A stretch of DNA of 64,000 nucleotides from Octopus vulgaris (GCA_951406725.2 OX597828.1:21576001-21640000); one strand, 5' to 3'. Positions 1-16,514 are shown, counted from the stretch's first letter. The notes: a model not told the origin generated them from the sequence alone. Numbers and translations: made by a program.

Positions 1-356
1 CGCGTAGAAGTAGTGGGGGAGCATCATGGCCATGTGTTGCGAGGAATTCTTTAAGGTTTGAATAATTCACATCTGGAAACATGGGTGTTTCGTTCAACAT
101 CCTTAAACAATCCTTATTCAGGGACCTTTTGACAGAGATGGGCTAATCGACCTGAAGAATGTTCTAAATGGGCCCCACCTGCAAGTTCATGCGCTGTTTA
201 TATTGATATGAGATCACCATGTCACGCTCATATGATTGCGATGCATGTACTTGGTGTACCCTTATCAGACGGGTAGTCATGATAGGTATACTGGTCTTCA
301 TATATTTTACCCCAGAGTCACTTTGATGGCACGCACTGCTCCCCCACTCAATGATG

Positions 357-407
<51 letters not shown>

Positions 408-762
408 GTAATAATAATAATAATAATAATAAAAATAATAATAATAATAATGATAATAATAAATAATAATAATAAATGATAATAATAAATGATAATATTT
501 GCGTATAATAAGGAGAGAGGAGAAGACATAAGTTGATGATGATTTCAAATTTTTGATACAAGGGCTGTGTAGGGGAGGTGATAAAGTCGATTACATCGAC
601 TCCAGTCTGTAACTGGTAATTATTTTATCGATCACCAAACGATGGAAGGCAAAGTCGACTCTGCAGCATTGGCACTCATACGTTATCGACAGTCGAAATG
701 CCGCTTAAGCAATGTGCCCGGTGCGGTAACGACAGAGCAAGATCGCCACAATAGCTGCAGTA

Positions 763-819
<57 letters not shown>

Positions 820-1020
820 TTGTTGTTGTTGTTGTTTCTTACACAGGCACAGGGCCAGAAATTCGGGGTAAGGAGAGGAGGTCATCAATTATATCGACTT
901 TGTAGTAGACGGGTAATTTATTTTATCAATACCGGAAGTTTTAATGGCAAACTTCACCTCGCTGAAAACAGTAATGTTAACATACTTACACATACACACA
1001 CTCACCCACATACTCGCGAT

Positions 1021-1085
<65 letters not shown>

Positions 1086-1681
1086 GTATATGTATATTTA
1101 TATAAATATATGTGTATGTATTTATATACATGCATATATATTTGTTTGTGTATATATATATATATATATATATACATATATATATGCATATACATATGTA
1201 AATATATATGCATATATACATGTGTATATATATTATATATTATGTATATAAATATTTATATACACCAGCATACATATATATACGTGTCTCTATAATTATG
1301 TACACGGATACACGTATGCATAATTATACACGCATACGCAAACGCATACATACACACTCACACACATATATACACACACACACTATCGCTGCTGCTGCTG
1401 CTAGTATGATATCCCCAACAATCATCACCACCATGATACGACGACGACCACCACCACCACCACCGCCGAAACCACCACCATCGTAACCACTATCAACACC
1501 AGCACCACCAGCACCACCACCACCAGCACTATCACCAGCACCAGCACCAGCACCAGCACCACCACCACCACCATCTCCGTTACTACTACCACCCCAGCCC
1601 AACACCACCGACACTACCACCACGACCACCACTACGACCACCACCACGACCACCACCACGACCACCACCACGACCACCACC

Positions 1682-1712
<31 letters not shown>

Positions 1713-1983
1713 CTACTACTACTAATAATAATAATAATAATGATAATCGTGTTGATGGTATTAATATTAATGACGATGTTGATGATGATGTTGATAATAA
1801 TAATAATAATAACTACATTACGAAAGTCTACAATAACAACAACATCAGCAATAATAGCAACGACCACATTAATGTTAGACTGTATACAATAGTCATACAA
1901 TGGGGAGAGATTATGAGATTGGTGTGTAAATACAGAGTAGAATGGTACACAGTTTTAATATAAACACACACTGGTATATCTAG

Positions 1984-2029
<46 letters not shown>

Positions 2030-2116
2030 ATATGTATATCTATATACATATGTATGTAGTGTATCTATCTATCTATATATATATATATATATATATGCAT
2101 ATATTTATTTATGCAC

Positions 2117-2158
<42 letters not shown>

Positions 2159-2672
2159 GTTGTACATACACACATACGTGTAAGTATGCATGCATTGTGA
2201 CTGACGCAACGAGTTATAATGAAACGGATAGCTGTATACTAACGCAAACATAGTGGCTAATAGATAAACAAATGCGAAGAGACACATGAAAAGGGGAAGA
2301 TAATCACATACACATAGACTCACACTCACTTAAACTCACACTCACACATGCGCACACGTGCGCACAGACACACGCGCGCACACGTATATGGTTAAGACGT
2401 GTTGCCTCAGGTTAGCATGTCGGCTTCTCGATCAGAAGGCTGTAAGTTCCAAATCAGGTACAAACATTGCATTGCGTTGGATTGTTGTTTAGCGCTGGAT
2501 ATCCATTGACGATGCTCCAATGTACTGCTGTCGCAGTCATCTTTCCTTTTAGATGGCATATTATCGATGTTCCCATGTCTCAAGTGTTGGTGGAACTTAA
2601 AAAAACTATTTTGGAAAAAGTGATACATGCTACCTGGATATATACATTTGCAAGGGCTGGTATTGCTCAGTT

Positions 2673-2719
<47 letters not shown>

Positions 2720-2932
2720 CCACTCACGCACACACAACCCTACACACACACATTTTTCATATATTGAGCTTATTTGATAGTCAGTTCATATAGCAAGCGG
2801 AGCCTCATATCAGTAAGGTGCGCATTGATGCCGTGGAGAGCTAGGCCCCGAAACGGTGCGCATTCTCTCCTGATGACACCATACATTTGCTGGCTTCCGA
2901 TACGCGGAGTTTACATGTACAAGTTGTATGCA

Positions 2933-2980
<48 letters not shown>

Positions 2981-3289
2981 TCAAACATACAAGGGGTCGC
3001 TGAAAAGCTCTTGGTTTTAAGGGTGTCGCTAAAGGCCTGGCTGGAGCCCAATCCTGCTGTGTTCTTTTACAGGGCTTAGAGGTAGTGAAGGACCACTGCA
3101 ATAAGTGTGTGAATTTCAAAGTGGAAGATGTTGAGTAAAATCCAAATTATCTCATCCGCCTCTATTTTATTTTACTCCAAACCAGTCACTTTTTACCACT
3201 TCTGACACACACACACACACACGAACACACACACACACACATACACGCATACAATTTAACTTACGTTTCGGACATTGCACTTCACAATA

Positions 3290-3518
3290 TATTTCTTTAC
3301 TACCCACAAGGGGCTAAACACAGAGGGGACAAACAAGGACAGACAAAGGGATTAAGTCGATTATATCGACCCCAGTGCGTAACTGGTACTTAATTTATCG
3401 ACCCCGAAAGGATGAAAGGCAAAGTCGACCTCGGCGGAATTTGAACTCGGAACGTAACGACAGACGAAATACGGTTACGCATTACGCCCAGCGTGCTAAC
3501 GTTTCTGCCAGCTTGTCC
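3290..3518 (-). mobile_element. SINE-A copy
   Basis: Reverse complement of the 16283-16514 consensus. Confidence 0.85.
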
Positions 3519-4235
3519 TTCACAATAGTGTACAGAACTGAAAGGGAAGAGTTAAGGCGGGGAAAATTCGAAAAATGTATAAAAGATGTAATCAAGGCGG
3601 ATTTGCTCACGTAACGCTTGTTCACATCGTGATCACGTGGCCACTGACTGTTTGCACATACATACACACACTCACACACACATACGCACATACACACACA
3701 CATATATATTCAGGATTAAATAAAGACATCAAGCGGAAAAGACAACGGACGGAAGATTGGACATACCTATATATATATATATATACAGGTATGTGAAATT
3801 TTCCGTTTGCTATCCATTACTTCATATATTTTATCATTCATCTCTCATAAAATACATTCATACATGTATACACACACATATACATATATACATACATACT
3901 TACATACTTAGAGAAGGCGCATGGCTCAGAGGTCAGAGCGTCGGGCGCTGAATTGTGAGGTGGTGAATTCGATTCCCGGATGAGGATGTGCTTTGTGTTC
4001 TTGAGCAAGACACTTTTTTTCACGTTGTTTCATTTCCCTCAGCTGTAAAAATGAGTTGTGACATCACTGGTGCCACGCTGTATCGGCCTTTGCCCTTCCC
4101 TTGGATAGAATTGGGGGTGTGGTGAGAGGAGGCTGGTATGCATAGGCTACTGCTGGTCTTCCATAAACAAACTTACCCGAAATTGTCTCGGAGGGTAACT
4201 TTGTAGGTGCAATCTTATAGAGATATACATTTAAA

Positions 4236-5515
4236 TCTATATACTACTAAACTCTCTGACTGCTTGCTTGTCTGTCATTTAATACAGCCGACGCGTAATA
4301 GGAGATATTCTGAGAGTAAAGAACCCCTGAAATGTGAATACAAATGGAATGAAACAAGTTTCGCGCAAATCGGACGTGTTCCCAAAGATATGCGTTTTTC
4401 TTGGGTGAGGTATTCTTTCAAAAAATTTAAGTAGTAAAACCTGGAGTTATTGCCCTTTGCTGTGAACACCGGATAGTTTTTTGTTGGCATATCTACCGAA
4501 TTGTACCCCACCAACTTTGTTGCCTAATAACTTCCAGAAAAACGGATACTGTTTAGCAAAAGTTTCAACAAACACCGCTTACATACTGTGGATATAGGGA
4601 GTTACGGAAACGAACTTTGCGAGGGGGTGGGGAGAGCAGTTTCTGAAATTTCCCACGATACCAATTTTTTCCCTCATTACTTTCTGGAAAATGGATTACT
4701 TTTAATGAAATTTTATACAAATACCTTTCAAAGGGCATACATTACGATTATAAAGAAATTAGTGAGGAAAAGTTTTCCGAGGGTGTGGGGAGATTGGTTT
4801 AGGAAAACGGAGTTTTGGATGAGGAAGACCGAATAAATTGGAACTAATGGGATTTTTCCCATTTTTTGTACCACCACCTTCAAAATGATGGGAATGGGAT
4901 AGGGCTGGGGGCATCTTTTTATGTAAAAAAAGTTTTAAAATTTTTGAAGTTCCTCGCCATCCCACTCCAGACCGATTTTCGACAATTTTTTAACCTTCAA
5001 AACATGGGAGGATCCTTTTGGGTAATAGAAAAAGAAAATTGTAAATATCTTCAGAGGAAAAGGGTCTACGATTCAAGGGAGATTTGGCTGTTGGTTCTAG
5101 CATTTTCCTAACCGTTTTTACTCTCACATGTATTGATGTTTTCTCAATATTTTTCTCTCATTAAACACATTTTAAGGAATGATGATGCCGTAGTAACACA
5201 CGAATATACCGAAAGTAACATAGCCCTGAAATGGGAAAATTGTTTCCATTAATTTTATGTATACGTTATATAACAATTCCATTTGCATTTTTGTAGAAGT
5301 GTACACATATACCATAACTAAATACTGTTACTGGAGTTCAAGTTCATCCCGGAAGTTGAATTTCTATTAGGTGCTGTAAATAATCAATAAAACCTTAAAC
5401 ATGAACTTGATGATGACACGATCGGATTGAAATATTTAACTGAATCATCATAAAATTAACTTCAATGTTTTATAGCCTGAACCGTCAGTGACCCAACGGG
5501 TCACAGGTAGTCTAG
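4236..5515 (+). mobile_element. Non-autonomous Helitron
   Basis: A|TCTATATACTA 5' end, subterminal hairpin GTGACCC-AAC-GGGTCAC (5488-5504), CTAG|T 3' end, no TSD. Confidence 0.78.
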
Positions 5516-6155
5516 TATTTATCTAAATCTTTCTTATCTATAGATATAATCAAAATAAAATGAGACAACTTGGAAAAACTATTAACGGAAGAACGTTCAA
5601 AGGGCAATTAGACATGAAACAGTTACACGTGCCATAGGGATCAGAATCATCGAAGTTTCGGCACACTTGAGCCTGGAATTCAAACCTATGGAACCACTCC
5701 TCTGAGTGTACCAGTGATGATAAAACAATATGTGGTGGATATTATGAAGTAGTAACTGGGGAAATGGAGAACTACATTCCAGAGAAACGGAAAATTTAGG
5801 GCTGAGATTCATACAATAGTGGATATTGATTTTTGATTAACACAGAAAAATAGAGAATGCTACAGTGAGTGTTAGGTATAGAGAGATTTTGAAACGCTAA
5901 AAATTAGATGATAGAAAACGTGACAGAGAAAGAGAAGGTAACCAAATGATAGGGGGAAAGAAAACCAGAGTAAAAAAGAGAATTTAGACGTGGGAAAGAC
6001 ATAACGATGTGAATCAGATGATAGGAGAATGATTTACAAACTGCAATAATGAAAGAGGTTTTAAAATGAGTGAAATGGAGAATATTCAGTGAGAAAAAAG
6101 AAGAAAAAGTAAGAGATATGATTTCGATCGGTCCAGTGTCCGTAAACCTCAAAAA

Positions 6156-6212
<57 letters not shown>

Positions 6213-6455
6213 AGGAAGAGTGGGGCGATAATGTCTCTGTATAAATATATATACACACATGTATACATACACATACATACCTTCATAAATCTATATGTAT
6301 GTATGTATCTATTTACACACACACACATAATATTAAGTATGGTATAGAAAGCATAGGCTATTTAAAGAGTGCCCATAGAGAGTTAATGCGGAAAAAATTC
6401 AGAGTAGAGGAAACTGAAAACGCAAATCATAGGCATTCAAACAGATTCCCGAAAG

Positions 6456-6495
<40 letters not shown>

Positions 6496-7503
6496 TATAA
6501 ATGTATGTATTTTGATTTTTATTATCATAATTAAATAGCAATTTAGACTCACCTCTATGCAGCTTAAGGTTTCGTACGCTCCCAGAACGAGGCTAGCTCG
6601 TCAGGTACCTCACGTCATTAACAAGATATGAGTGAAATTCAAATTGGCTTCTAGATGTTAGGTCTCTCTTGGTCAGTTCAGCTCACGTGGTGTTATCATT
6701 GGTCCGGAAGCGACATCAGATATTTTCTTTCTGCTCCTGATGATTATGATGATAATGATGATGATATTCCTCATCATCATCATCTTTATCATCATTACCA
6801 CCTCCCCAACACCACCACCACCACCACCACCACCACCACCACCAACACCATCATCATCATCATCATCATCCTCATCTTCATCATCATTACCACCACCATC
6901 ATCATCGTCGTCGTCATCATCATCATCATAATCATCATCATCAGCATCATCACCATCTTTAACAACATTAGCACCATCATCATCATCGTCATCATCATCG
7001 TCATCATCATCGTCGTCATCATCGTCGTCGGTGTTTGGTAGATTGGTAAAATCGTTAGCTGTCCAACAAAGTACCAACCGAGGTTTCTTATGGTGCTTTA
7101 CGATCTGAGTACAAATTTCGCCCACGTCAGCTTTCACCATTTCGGGGTCCCAGTTATCGTTTTACCCCTTTCTCCTAAAATCATTGGTCTTGTGCTAAAA
7201 CTAGAACAAATTTATAATAATGATAATAATAGTAATAATAATAACAATAATAATAATAATAACAGCAGCAAAAATAGAAGAGTGCCATTGTTATCAAGTG
7301 AACGATATTTCGACATCTCGAGTGTCTTCCACTGGTTCAAAAACTAAACTTGTTAATCTACTTCATTTTGGTTAATATTTATGGGACTGAGGTGGAAGAC
7401 ACAAGAAATGTCGAAATATCGTTCATTTGATAACAATGGCATTTCCATGCTTGCTTCTATATCTTCTGGGGGAGTTACCTCAGTCCTATAAATATTAACC
7501 AAC

Positions 7504-7590
<87 letters not shown>

Positions 7591-7596
7591 TTAATA

Positions 7597-7980
7597 GAAA
7601 TTAAATATAAAGATCTGCTAATAGAAATTGGAAAAATGTGGCCTCTCAAGGCGACTACAGTACCAGTGATTGTAGGATCTCTAGGAATGATAAAAAAAGG
7701 TACTGAAACCTATTTGAAAATGATTCCAGGCTTACCATCCCTACAGAAAGTGCAAAAAATCGTATTAACTGGAACGGCTCATGTACTGAGAAGAGCATTA
7801 TCGCTGTGAAAACAAAATCCATCCATGAATTTATTTATTTATTAATTTTTAAATACATGTTTCATCTGTGAATTTGCGTGCGTAATCTGGGAATGCATAC
7901 AATGAGCTTCTCTGCCCTAGGAGTATGAAAAACACTCGGCGAGAAACGGAAGAAAATTTTAAGAAAGAAGGTAAAAACAT
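7597..7980 (+). mobile_element. Dong/R4 3' fragment
   Basis: KYKDLLIEIGKMWPLKATTVPVIVGSLGMIKKG...GTAHVLRRALSL* (stop 7807-7809) plus UTR, flanked by (TAA)n. Confidence 0.88.
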
Positions 7981-7990
7981 AATAATAATA

Positions 7991-8084
<94 letters not shown>

Positions 8085-8139
8085 CAACAACAACAACAAC
8101 AACAATAATAATAATAATAATAATAACAACAACAACAAT

Positions 8140-8663
8140 GGTAGGGTGGTTTGTACCAAGATATATCAGAAAAGGTAATGGACAAAAAGTAGAAGGTAAA
8201 AATTCTCTGGGATTTTGACTTACAGACAAACAAGGTGTTAGAGCACCGGAAGCTGGACATAGTAACCTTAAGAAGAGAAGTAGAGTTCCTGATAATCGAC
8301 GTGGCAGCGCCAGGAGATCAACATATTCTTATGGAAGAAATAGAAAAGATCAATAAATATGGAGACCTGAGAATTGAGAACGTCAACATATGGCAGCTAC
8401 GAGAGTCAAATATAAAGGTCATCCCCATTGTCATCGGAGCATTGGGTTCAATACTATCCAACCGGAAGATACATCTGGAAACTTTAGAAATACCCTACAA
8501 TCTAGGTGTATTGCAAAAATCGGCATTACTTGGAACTGCCCGTACATTGTGTAACGTACTGTTTGAGGTCCTTGTTGTGACTTGACAGACAGTACAAACC
8601 CCCGGTACACACAATATCTTCAATGAACAACATCACCATATTGGATACTGTGCGATGCTCCAC
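8140..8663 (+). mobile_element. Dong/R4 3' fragment
   Basis: ORF 8235-8585: LDIV...IIDVAAPGD...KYGDLRIE...VIPIVIGALG...LLGTA; follows (TAA/CAA)n and ends in TAATAATA. Confidence 0.87.
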
Positions 8664-9314
8664 ATAATAATACTTTGCCTTTCATTCTTTCGGGATTCGA
8701 TTAATTTAGTACCAGTGAAACACTGGGGTTGATGTAATCGACTAGTTCCCTTCCCCCAAATTTCAGGCCTTGAGCCGTTTGTAGAAAGGATTATCATTAT
8801 TAATAATAAATCTCTGAGCGAGGTATAAGCAGTATTTCACAACATCGTGAAGTATATTTGCCACTTAAATGTTGCTAACCCTTCAGGGTGGATGCTACTG
8901 TAGCTTGTAGCCCCAGGAGGACACCTCCTCTAACTGGCTATTGACAAACGTTCTGTGCCCTATCAGTATTTGCAAAGGGAAGCCATCCTTTCCATCTCCA
9001 ACCTGACATGATACACACGGACCCGAGCTTCTGAGTATTAACCCGCCATCACCGTGTGATTATCTCCGGTTGGCGATGTGAAGTGGTTCCCAATGCAAAT
9101 ATATATATATCCTTTTTCCAGTGACGAAAAGTCACTGATCTCGAAAAAAGTGTAAACAAACAATAATAAATCTGTGGGCGAGTTATAAACAGTAGCTGCA
9201 CGATATCCTGAAGTATATTTGTCACTTAAATGTGGCTAACCCTTCAGGGTGGATGCTACTTTAGCTTGTATCCCAGGAGGGCACCTCCTCCAGCTGGCTA
9301 TTGACACACTGTCT

Positions 9315-10226
<912 letters not shown>

Positions 10227-10464
10227 TATTATTATTATTATTATTATTAATATTGTTATTATTATTGTTGTTGTTATTAAGGCGGCGAGTTGGCCGAATA
10301 GTTCGCAGTATTTCGTTTGTCTTCACGTTCTGAGTTCAAATTCCGTTGGGGTCGACTTTACCTTTCATCCTTTCGGGGTCGATGAATTACATACCAGTGA
10401 GACATTGAGGTCGATTTAATCGACTCATCCCTTCCCCACAAATGAGTGCCCTTGTTGAAAATTT

Positions 10465-10474
10465 TGAAACCATC

Positions 10475-10553
<79 letters not shown>

Positions 10554-10617
10554 CTGTTGTGATAATTGTTGATCTTATTGCTGTTTATGTTGTTGGTATT
10601 GTCATTGCTGCTCCTGC

Positions 10618-10683
<66 letters not shown>

Positions 10684-10709
10684 TATCATTATTACTATTA
10701 TTATAATTA

Positions 10710-10749
<40 letters not shown>

Positions 10750-10869
10750 TAATATTATTATCATGATTATAATTATAATAATAATAATAATAATAATAAT
10801 AATTATTATTATTATTACTATTATCATTATTATTATTATTATTATTATTATCATCATTTTTATTATTAC

Positions 10870-10908
<39 letters not shown>

Positions 10909-10940
10909 TATCATCATTATTATTACTATTATCATTATTA

Positions 10941-11005
<65 letters not shown>

Positions 11006-11025
11006 TATTATGATTATGATTATTA
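10465..11025. repeat. Long (ATT)n compound microsatellite (representative of many AAT, AT, AC, ATCT, ATGT, ACT and ACC tracts across the window)
   Basis: Directly visible. Confidence 0.97.
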
Positions 11026-12528
11026 CCCAGTGCATAATTCATATAGAATCATTAAATCAAAATGGATCCTTTATTTAGTTTTTCTTAAAAATTTAATGAA
11101 TAAGTCAATGAATGAATTATTATTGTTATACAATTAAATCAGTGATAATTATCATAAGTTAATGAACAAATAAAAAACAAACAATTGAACCTTTAAATAA
11201 TTAAATCAGGGATTTTTATAATTATAATTATTAATGCATAAATAATCACATAAATAAATATATAACAATAAATAAATAAATAAATAAATGAATAAACAAA
11301 TAAAAATAGTGCATTGAAAAACGGACAATCATGAATGCTATGATTATTTAGGGAAAATGAAAGTCACAAAGCCTATAAATCAAGAACACTTTCATGGGTT
11401 TTAAATTGATTATTAAGAGAAAAAAAATAAAATAAATTCTTATTGTATAGAAAATTTTGGAAACAAATAAATCAGGAATAACGTTCAGTAGGTTAATAAA
11501 TATTAATAATTAGTCAATTAAATGGGGAGAAAGAGAGTAAAAAGAAAAAAAAATAGCACAACAATAATGATGATATTCCTTATGATACTACACATAATAA
11601 TATAAAGTTGTGGAGTAGAATAAAGGATATGAAAAGGCCAGGATGGAATAAGGGAGCTGTAAGGAACACGTGAAAGGTTTTGTGAATAATATGACACTGA
11701 GAGAATATTAGTAGATAGGGTAGAGCTGGGGATAATTAGAAGACCATTATGGTGCCGCTGCCGTCGACTTGGGCGGGGTTGAGGTCGGGGTTGGGATATA
11801 TAATTACTGTGAAAACTGGAATAATTAGATAATTAAAATGACAAACGGCAAGAATAAAGTATATAGAAGAAAATCGCGGCATTTTTCAACGCTTGATTAA
11901 AGATGAAAGATTAGTAAATAGTGTATGAAAAAGAAGAGGTTCTTTTTAGTTTTTTATTAGATTCAGTCACTGGATTGCGGCCATGCTGGGGCACCAACTT
12001 GAAGGCCCTAGTCAAACGAATCGACCTGAGTAGTTATTTTTAAACTCTGGTAATTATTCCGTTGGTCTCTTAGTATAAACGAACCATCGCCAGTTATCTG
12101 GTGATGGCAGAAAACAAACTCTTTCCTGGCGTTTGTCAGATGACGTCAGAGATTAAGGGGGAGATAAATGACATTCGATTTGTTAATTTTACGTCGAGAT
12201 AAGAACTTTGGGACAAACTGGCCGACAGATGGAATTCAACTTAGGATTGGAATAATAAAATGATTGCATTACAGAATTAATTCTCATTCGTCCTTAACCT
12301 CTGATCAAACACAACCGCGGCATATAGTCATTATAGACATGTAATAGTCATGCCATTAAGCTCTCTCTAATTTTGGTCCGCAGAACCAATTTATCCTCCA
12401 CAGAAGCCAGCTTAAGAGTCGGAACAGAGTGCGGCTTTTAAGCTAGTGTTGAATAAAGATATAATTAACTGATCCTCCTGTATTTTCTTTTAACCAAAGA
12501 CGGGAACTTTTCAGCCCTGCCCCTGGTG

Positions 12529-12605
<77 letters not shown>

Positions 12606-12765
12606 TGTGTGTGTGCGCGTGTGTGTGTATGTCTGTGCGCGTGTGTGTGTATTTATATATATATATATGTATATAAATATATATATATATGTAAATATAT
12701 ATACATACATACACACACACACATATATATATATACACACGCATATATATATATATATACACACG

Positions 12766-12818
<53 letters not shown>

Positions 12819-15195
12819 GCGCATATATGTATATATATATATACATATATATATGTATATATGTGTTAATATGTATATATAGGAAATTACAGAAATGCAG
12901 ACAACTACAGAAGAGGCAGAGGCGCCACCGACACACACACACACACATAAACCTATACACTGACACAAAAACGCTGACATACTCACGTATACACACACTG
13001 ACATATTTCTCTGTACCGACACATCAAACAACACGTAAATGACTTGACACACACACAAGCCTTATGTATAAATATACAAAAAGCCATACAAGCATACGCA
13101 CACAATCACACATACGCATATATGCACACAGGACCACAAGTACGCACATAATATAAACACTAACACACGTACGCACACGTAAGCACACTGACACGTACAC
13201 AGAATCACAGACACACTTATCCACAATGCACATGCATTCACATACACTGAGACACACACACTCGCAAAAACACCTACCTACAGCTACACACTCTCACACA
13301 CAGACACGTATCCACACACACAGAGACCCAAACGCACGCACACATACATATACATGTACACACACTATGAGGAATTCAATCACGTATATACACAGCCTTA
13401 GATAGAAGCTCACAGATGCATACTTATAAACACATATACAGACATACACACATACATACATGCACACACTGACATATATTGACACAGTAAAGAGCACACA
13501 CCAACACACACTCCCGGTGCCACACATACACATACACACACAGGCACACACTTGCACGCATATGCAGTCAGGCAATGCCACACACACATGCATACAAAGC
13601 ACGCACTGACACACACACGCACATGCACACACACGCACATAGAAGTACACATAAATATACACAGTCACGCAATGTCACATACACATACAGGTACACACAC
13701 ACACACACACATGCACCCACACACATACACACACACAAACACACAGACACACACACACACACGCACACACTTGCACACATATACATGGTCACGCAATGCC
13801 ACACACACGCGCATACAAAGCACACACACACGCACATACACACACACGCACATAGAAGTACACATAGATATACACAGTCACGCAATGTCACATACACATA
13901 CAGGTACACACACACTCACATGCACCCACACACGTACACACACACAAGCACACAGACACACAGACACACACACGCACATACACACGCCCTGCCACACATA
14001 CACACACGCAATGCCACACACATACACACACGTGCATACACACATACGCACATACACCCACCCACCCCCACACAGGGAATACGTGAAGAGATCCAATAAA
14101 TTATTAATTGTTACGTTTTGTTCCCGTCTTTGAAAATTCTATTGGAAAATGACAGCGGAATATTGGAATATTCCTCTGACCGTTATTTAGCGTCGTTATT
14201 TATGAACAGGAATTTGTATAATTGAACTGACCTCTTGATTTTCACCCTGCTTCCTGTCCCACGACGACCACCACCACCGACACCATTATAACCGCTATCG
14301 CCACTTTCACAAACTACAGCATTGTCATAACCGCCATCACCGCCAACACTACCACCGCCGCCGCTACCACTACCACCACCACCATCACTACCACCACCAC
14401 CACTACCACTTTCACCATCACTACCACAACCACCACGATGACGTCGATGGCGATCAACTGCCGCCACCACTACAACCACCACGATTACCATCACCACTAC
14501 AACCACGACAACTACTACCACTATAACCATCTACACCATTGCCTCTACTACCACTACCACTGACACCACCATCACCACCATCATTATCACCATTACCATC
14601 ACTACTACAACTGCATCACTACTACCACTACCGTTGTCCCCATCACCACTACAAATACCACCACCACCACCACCACCGCCACTACTACCACCACTACCAA
14701 CACGACAACCACGACAACCACCACCACTACAACCAACCACCACACTACCTCCAACACCGCGAATATAACTACAACCACCACCTATACAACCACCACAACC
14801 ACCACTGTTACCTTTACACCAATATCACTCTTAATAGCGCCCATTGGGATTTGACCAGAGTAGCCTCCGCGTCGCATTCCAACATGCAGCGAAGCAATAG
14901 CCAAATCGTTCTCAAATCACAATCTTGACCCCTTAAATATAGAAAGGACATATTGGAGGATGTAGTTACTGATGTACAAAAAGATGGGATAGTCGTGGAT
15001 GGAGCGCTATTGATCATAATTCATTATTTTTTGAGAATATATTTGCAATTAAAGAACAATAAAAACATATATTATTGTCCGATGCGACTGAAATTTCAGT
15101 TCGGGAGTCAATCCATTAACCCAGGTCTCCCTCAGTAAATTGGAGTATTCCAGAATATGGTTAAGCTTCACTGCAGGTTCATATCATTACTCTAA

Positions 15196-15600
15196 GGTGG
15201 CGAGCTGGCAGAATCGTTAGCACGCCGGGCGAAATGCTTAGCGATATTTCGTCTGCTTTTACGTTCTGAGTTCAAATTCCGCTGAGGTCGACTTTGCCTT
15301 TCATCCTTTCGGGGTCGATAAATTATGTACCAGTTACGCACAGGGGTCGATATAATCGACTTAATCCTTTTGTCTGTCCTTGTTTGTCCTCTCTGTGTTT
15401 AGCCTCTTGTGGGTAGTAAAGAAATAGGCATTTCGATTGACTTTACGTTCTGAGTTCAAATTCCGCCGAGGTCCTGTTTGCCTTTCATCCTTTCGGGATC
15501 GATAAATTAAGTACCAGTTACGTTCTGAGGTCGATCTAATCGACTGACCCCTCCCCACCAAAAAATTTCGGGCATTGTTCCTACAGTAGAAAAGAATATT
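15196..15600 (+). mobile_element. Two tandem SINE-A copies (different tails)
   Basis: GGTGGCGAGCTGGCAGAA...GAGTTCAAATTCC box-B-like motif and shared core. Confidence 0.85.
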
Positions 15601-15605
15601 ATTTT

Positions 15606-16012
15606 ATTCTTTTACCTGTTTCAGTCATTTGACTGCAGCCATGCTGGAGCACCACCTTAAGAGTTTTTATTTGAAGAAATCGATCCCAGGATCCTTACTC
15701 TTTGTGAGTTTGGTACTTATTCTATCGGTTTAGTATCACCGAACCGTTCTGTTACGGGTATATAAACACACCAACATCGCTTGTGAAGCGATGGTGGGAG
15801 TGAGGCCAAACACACACAAACACACAAATACACATACACACACACATACGACGGGCTTCTTTCAGTTTCCATCCATCAAATCCACTCACAAGGCTTTAGT
15901 CGGCTCGTGGCTATAGTAGAAGAAACTTAGCCCAAGGTGCCACGTAATGGGACTGAACCTGGAACCATATGGTTTGGAAGCAAGCTTCTTATCACACAAC
16001 CACACCTCTGCC
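15606..16012 (-). mobile_element. SINE-D (copies or parts at 16532-16700, 22548-22702, 45696-45846, 62050-62225)
   Basis: Shared GTGTGGTAAGAAG...GGTTCAGTCCC...CCTTGGGC...GGAAACTGAAAGAAGCCCGTCG module with an internal (GT)n tract. Confidence 0.8.
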
Positions 16013-16282
16013 TTTATTTTTTATTTATTATAGCCATTAGTCTGCAATTATGTTGGCTGGTGAATCTGCTTGAAGAATGTTTAGAAGAAAGAATCGTCCC
16101 TAGCGTTTTCTTTTTTTAAGCCGGGTACTTACTCTATTGGATTGGTTTGCCGGGCAGCTAAGTTACGAAACGTAAGCAAACCAATACCAGTTGGCAAGCT
16201 CTGTAAAGAGGGGTGGTGGTGGCAAACATAGATCCAAAACCATACGCACATACGTACTCGCACGCACATATATACTTACATA

Positions 16283-16514
16283 TGGCGGCGAGCTGGCAGA
16301 AACGTTAGCATGCCGGGCGAAATGCGTAGCCGTATTTCGTCTGTCGCTACGTTCCGAGTTCAAATTCCGCCGAGGTCGACTTTGCCTTTCATCCTTCTGG
16401 GGTCGATAAATTAAGTACCAGTTACGCACTGGGGTTGATGTAATCGACTTAATCCCTTTGTCTGTCCTTGTTCGTCCCCGCTGTGTTTAGCCCCTTGTGG
16501 GTAGTAAAGAAATA
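16283..16514 (+). mobile_element. SINE-A full copy
   Basis: GGCGGCGAGCTGGCAGAAACGTTAGC head, GAGTTCAAATTCC, core, tail ...GCCCCTTGTGGGTAGTAAAGAAATA. Confidence 0.88.

Noticed and set aside
8805-9312. ~150-bp direct repeat with a CCTCCT motif suggesting an HDV-like ribozyme
   Set aside because: CCTCCT pairs in a simple AGGAGG hairpin; the nested double pseudoknot could not be built.
10358-11137. Long poly-N/poly-I ORFs (and similar YI, HT, LSIY and FLPS ORFs throughout)
   Set aside because: Translations of microsatellites; open only because the repeat lacks stops.
13572-14030. His/Thr-rich repeated ORFs
   Set aside because: ~220-bp tandem duplication of degenerate (CA)n sequence.
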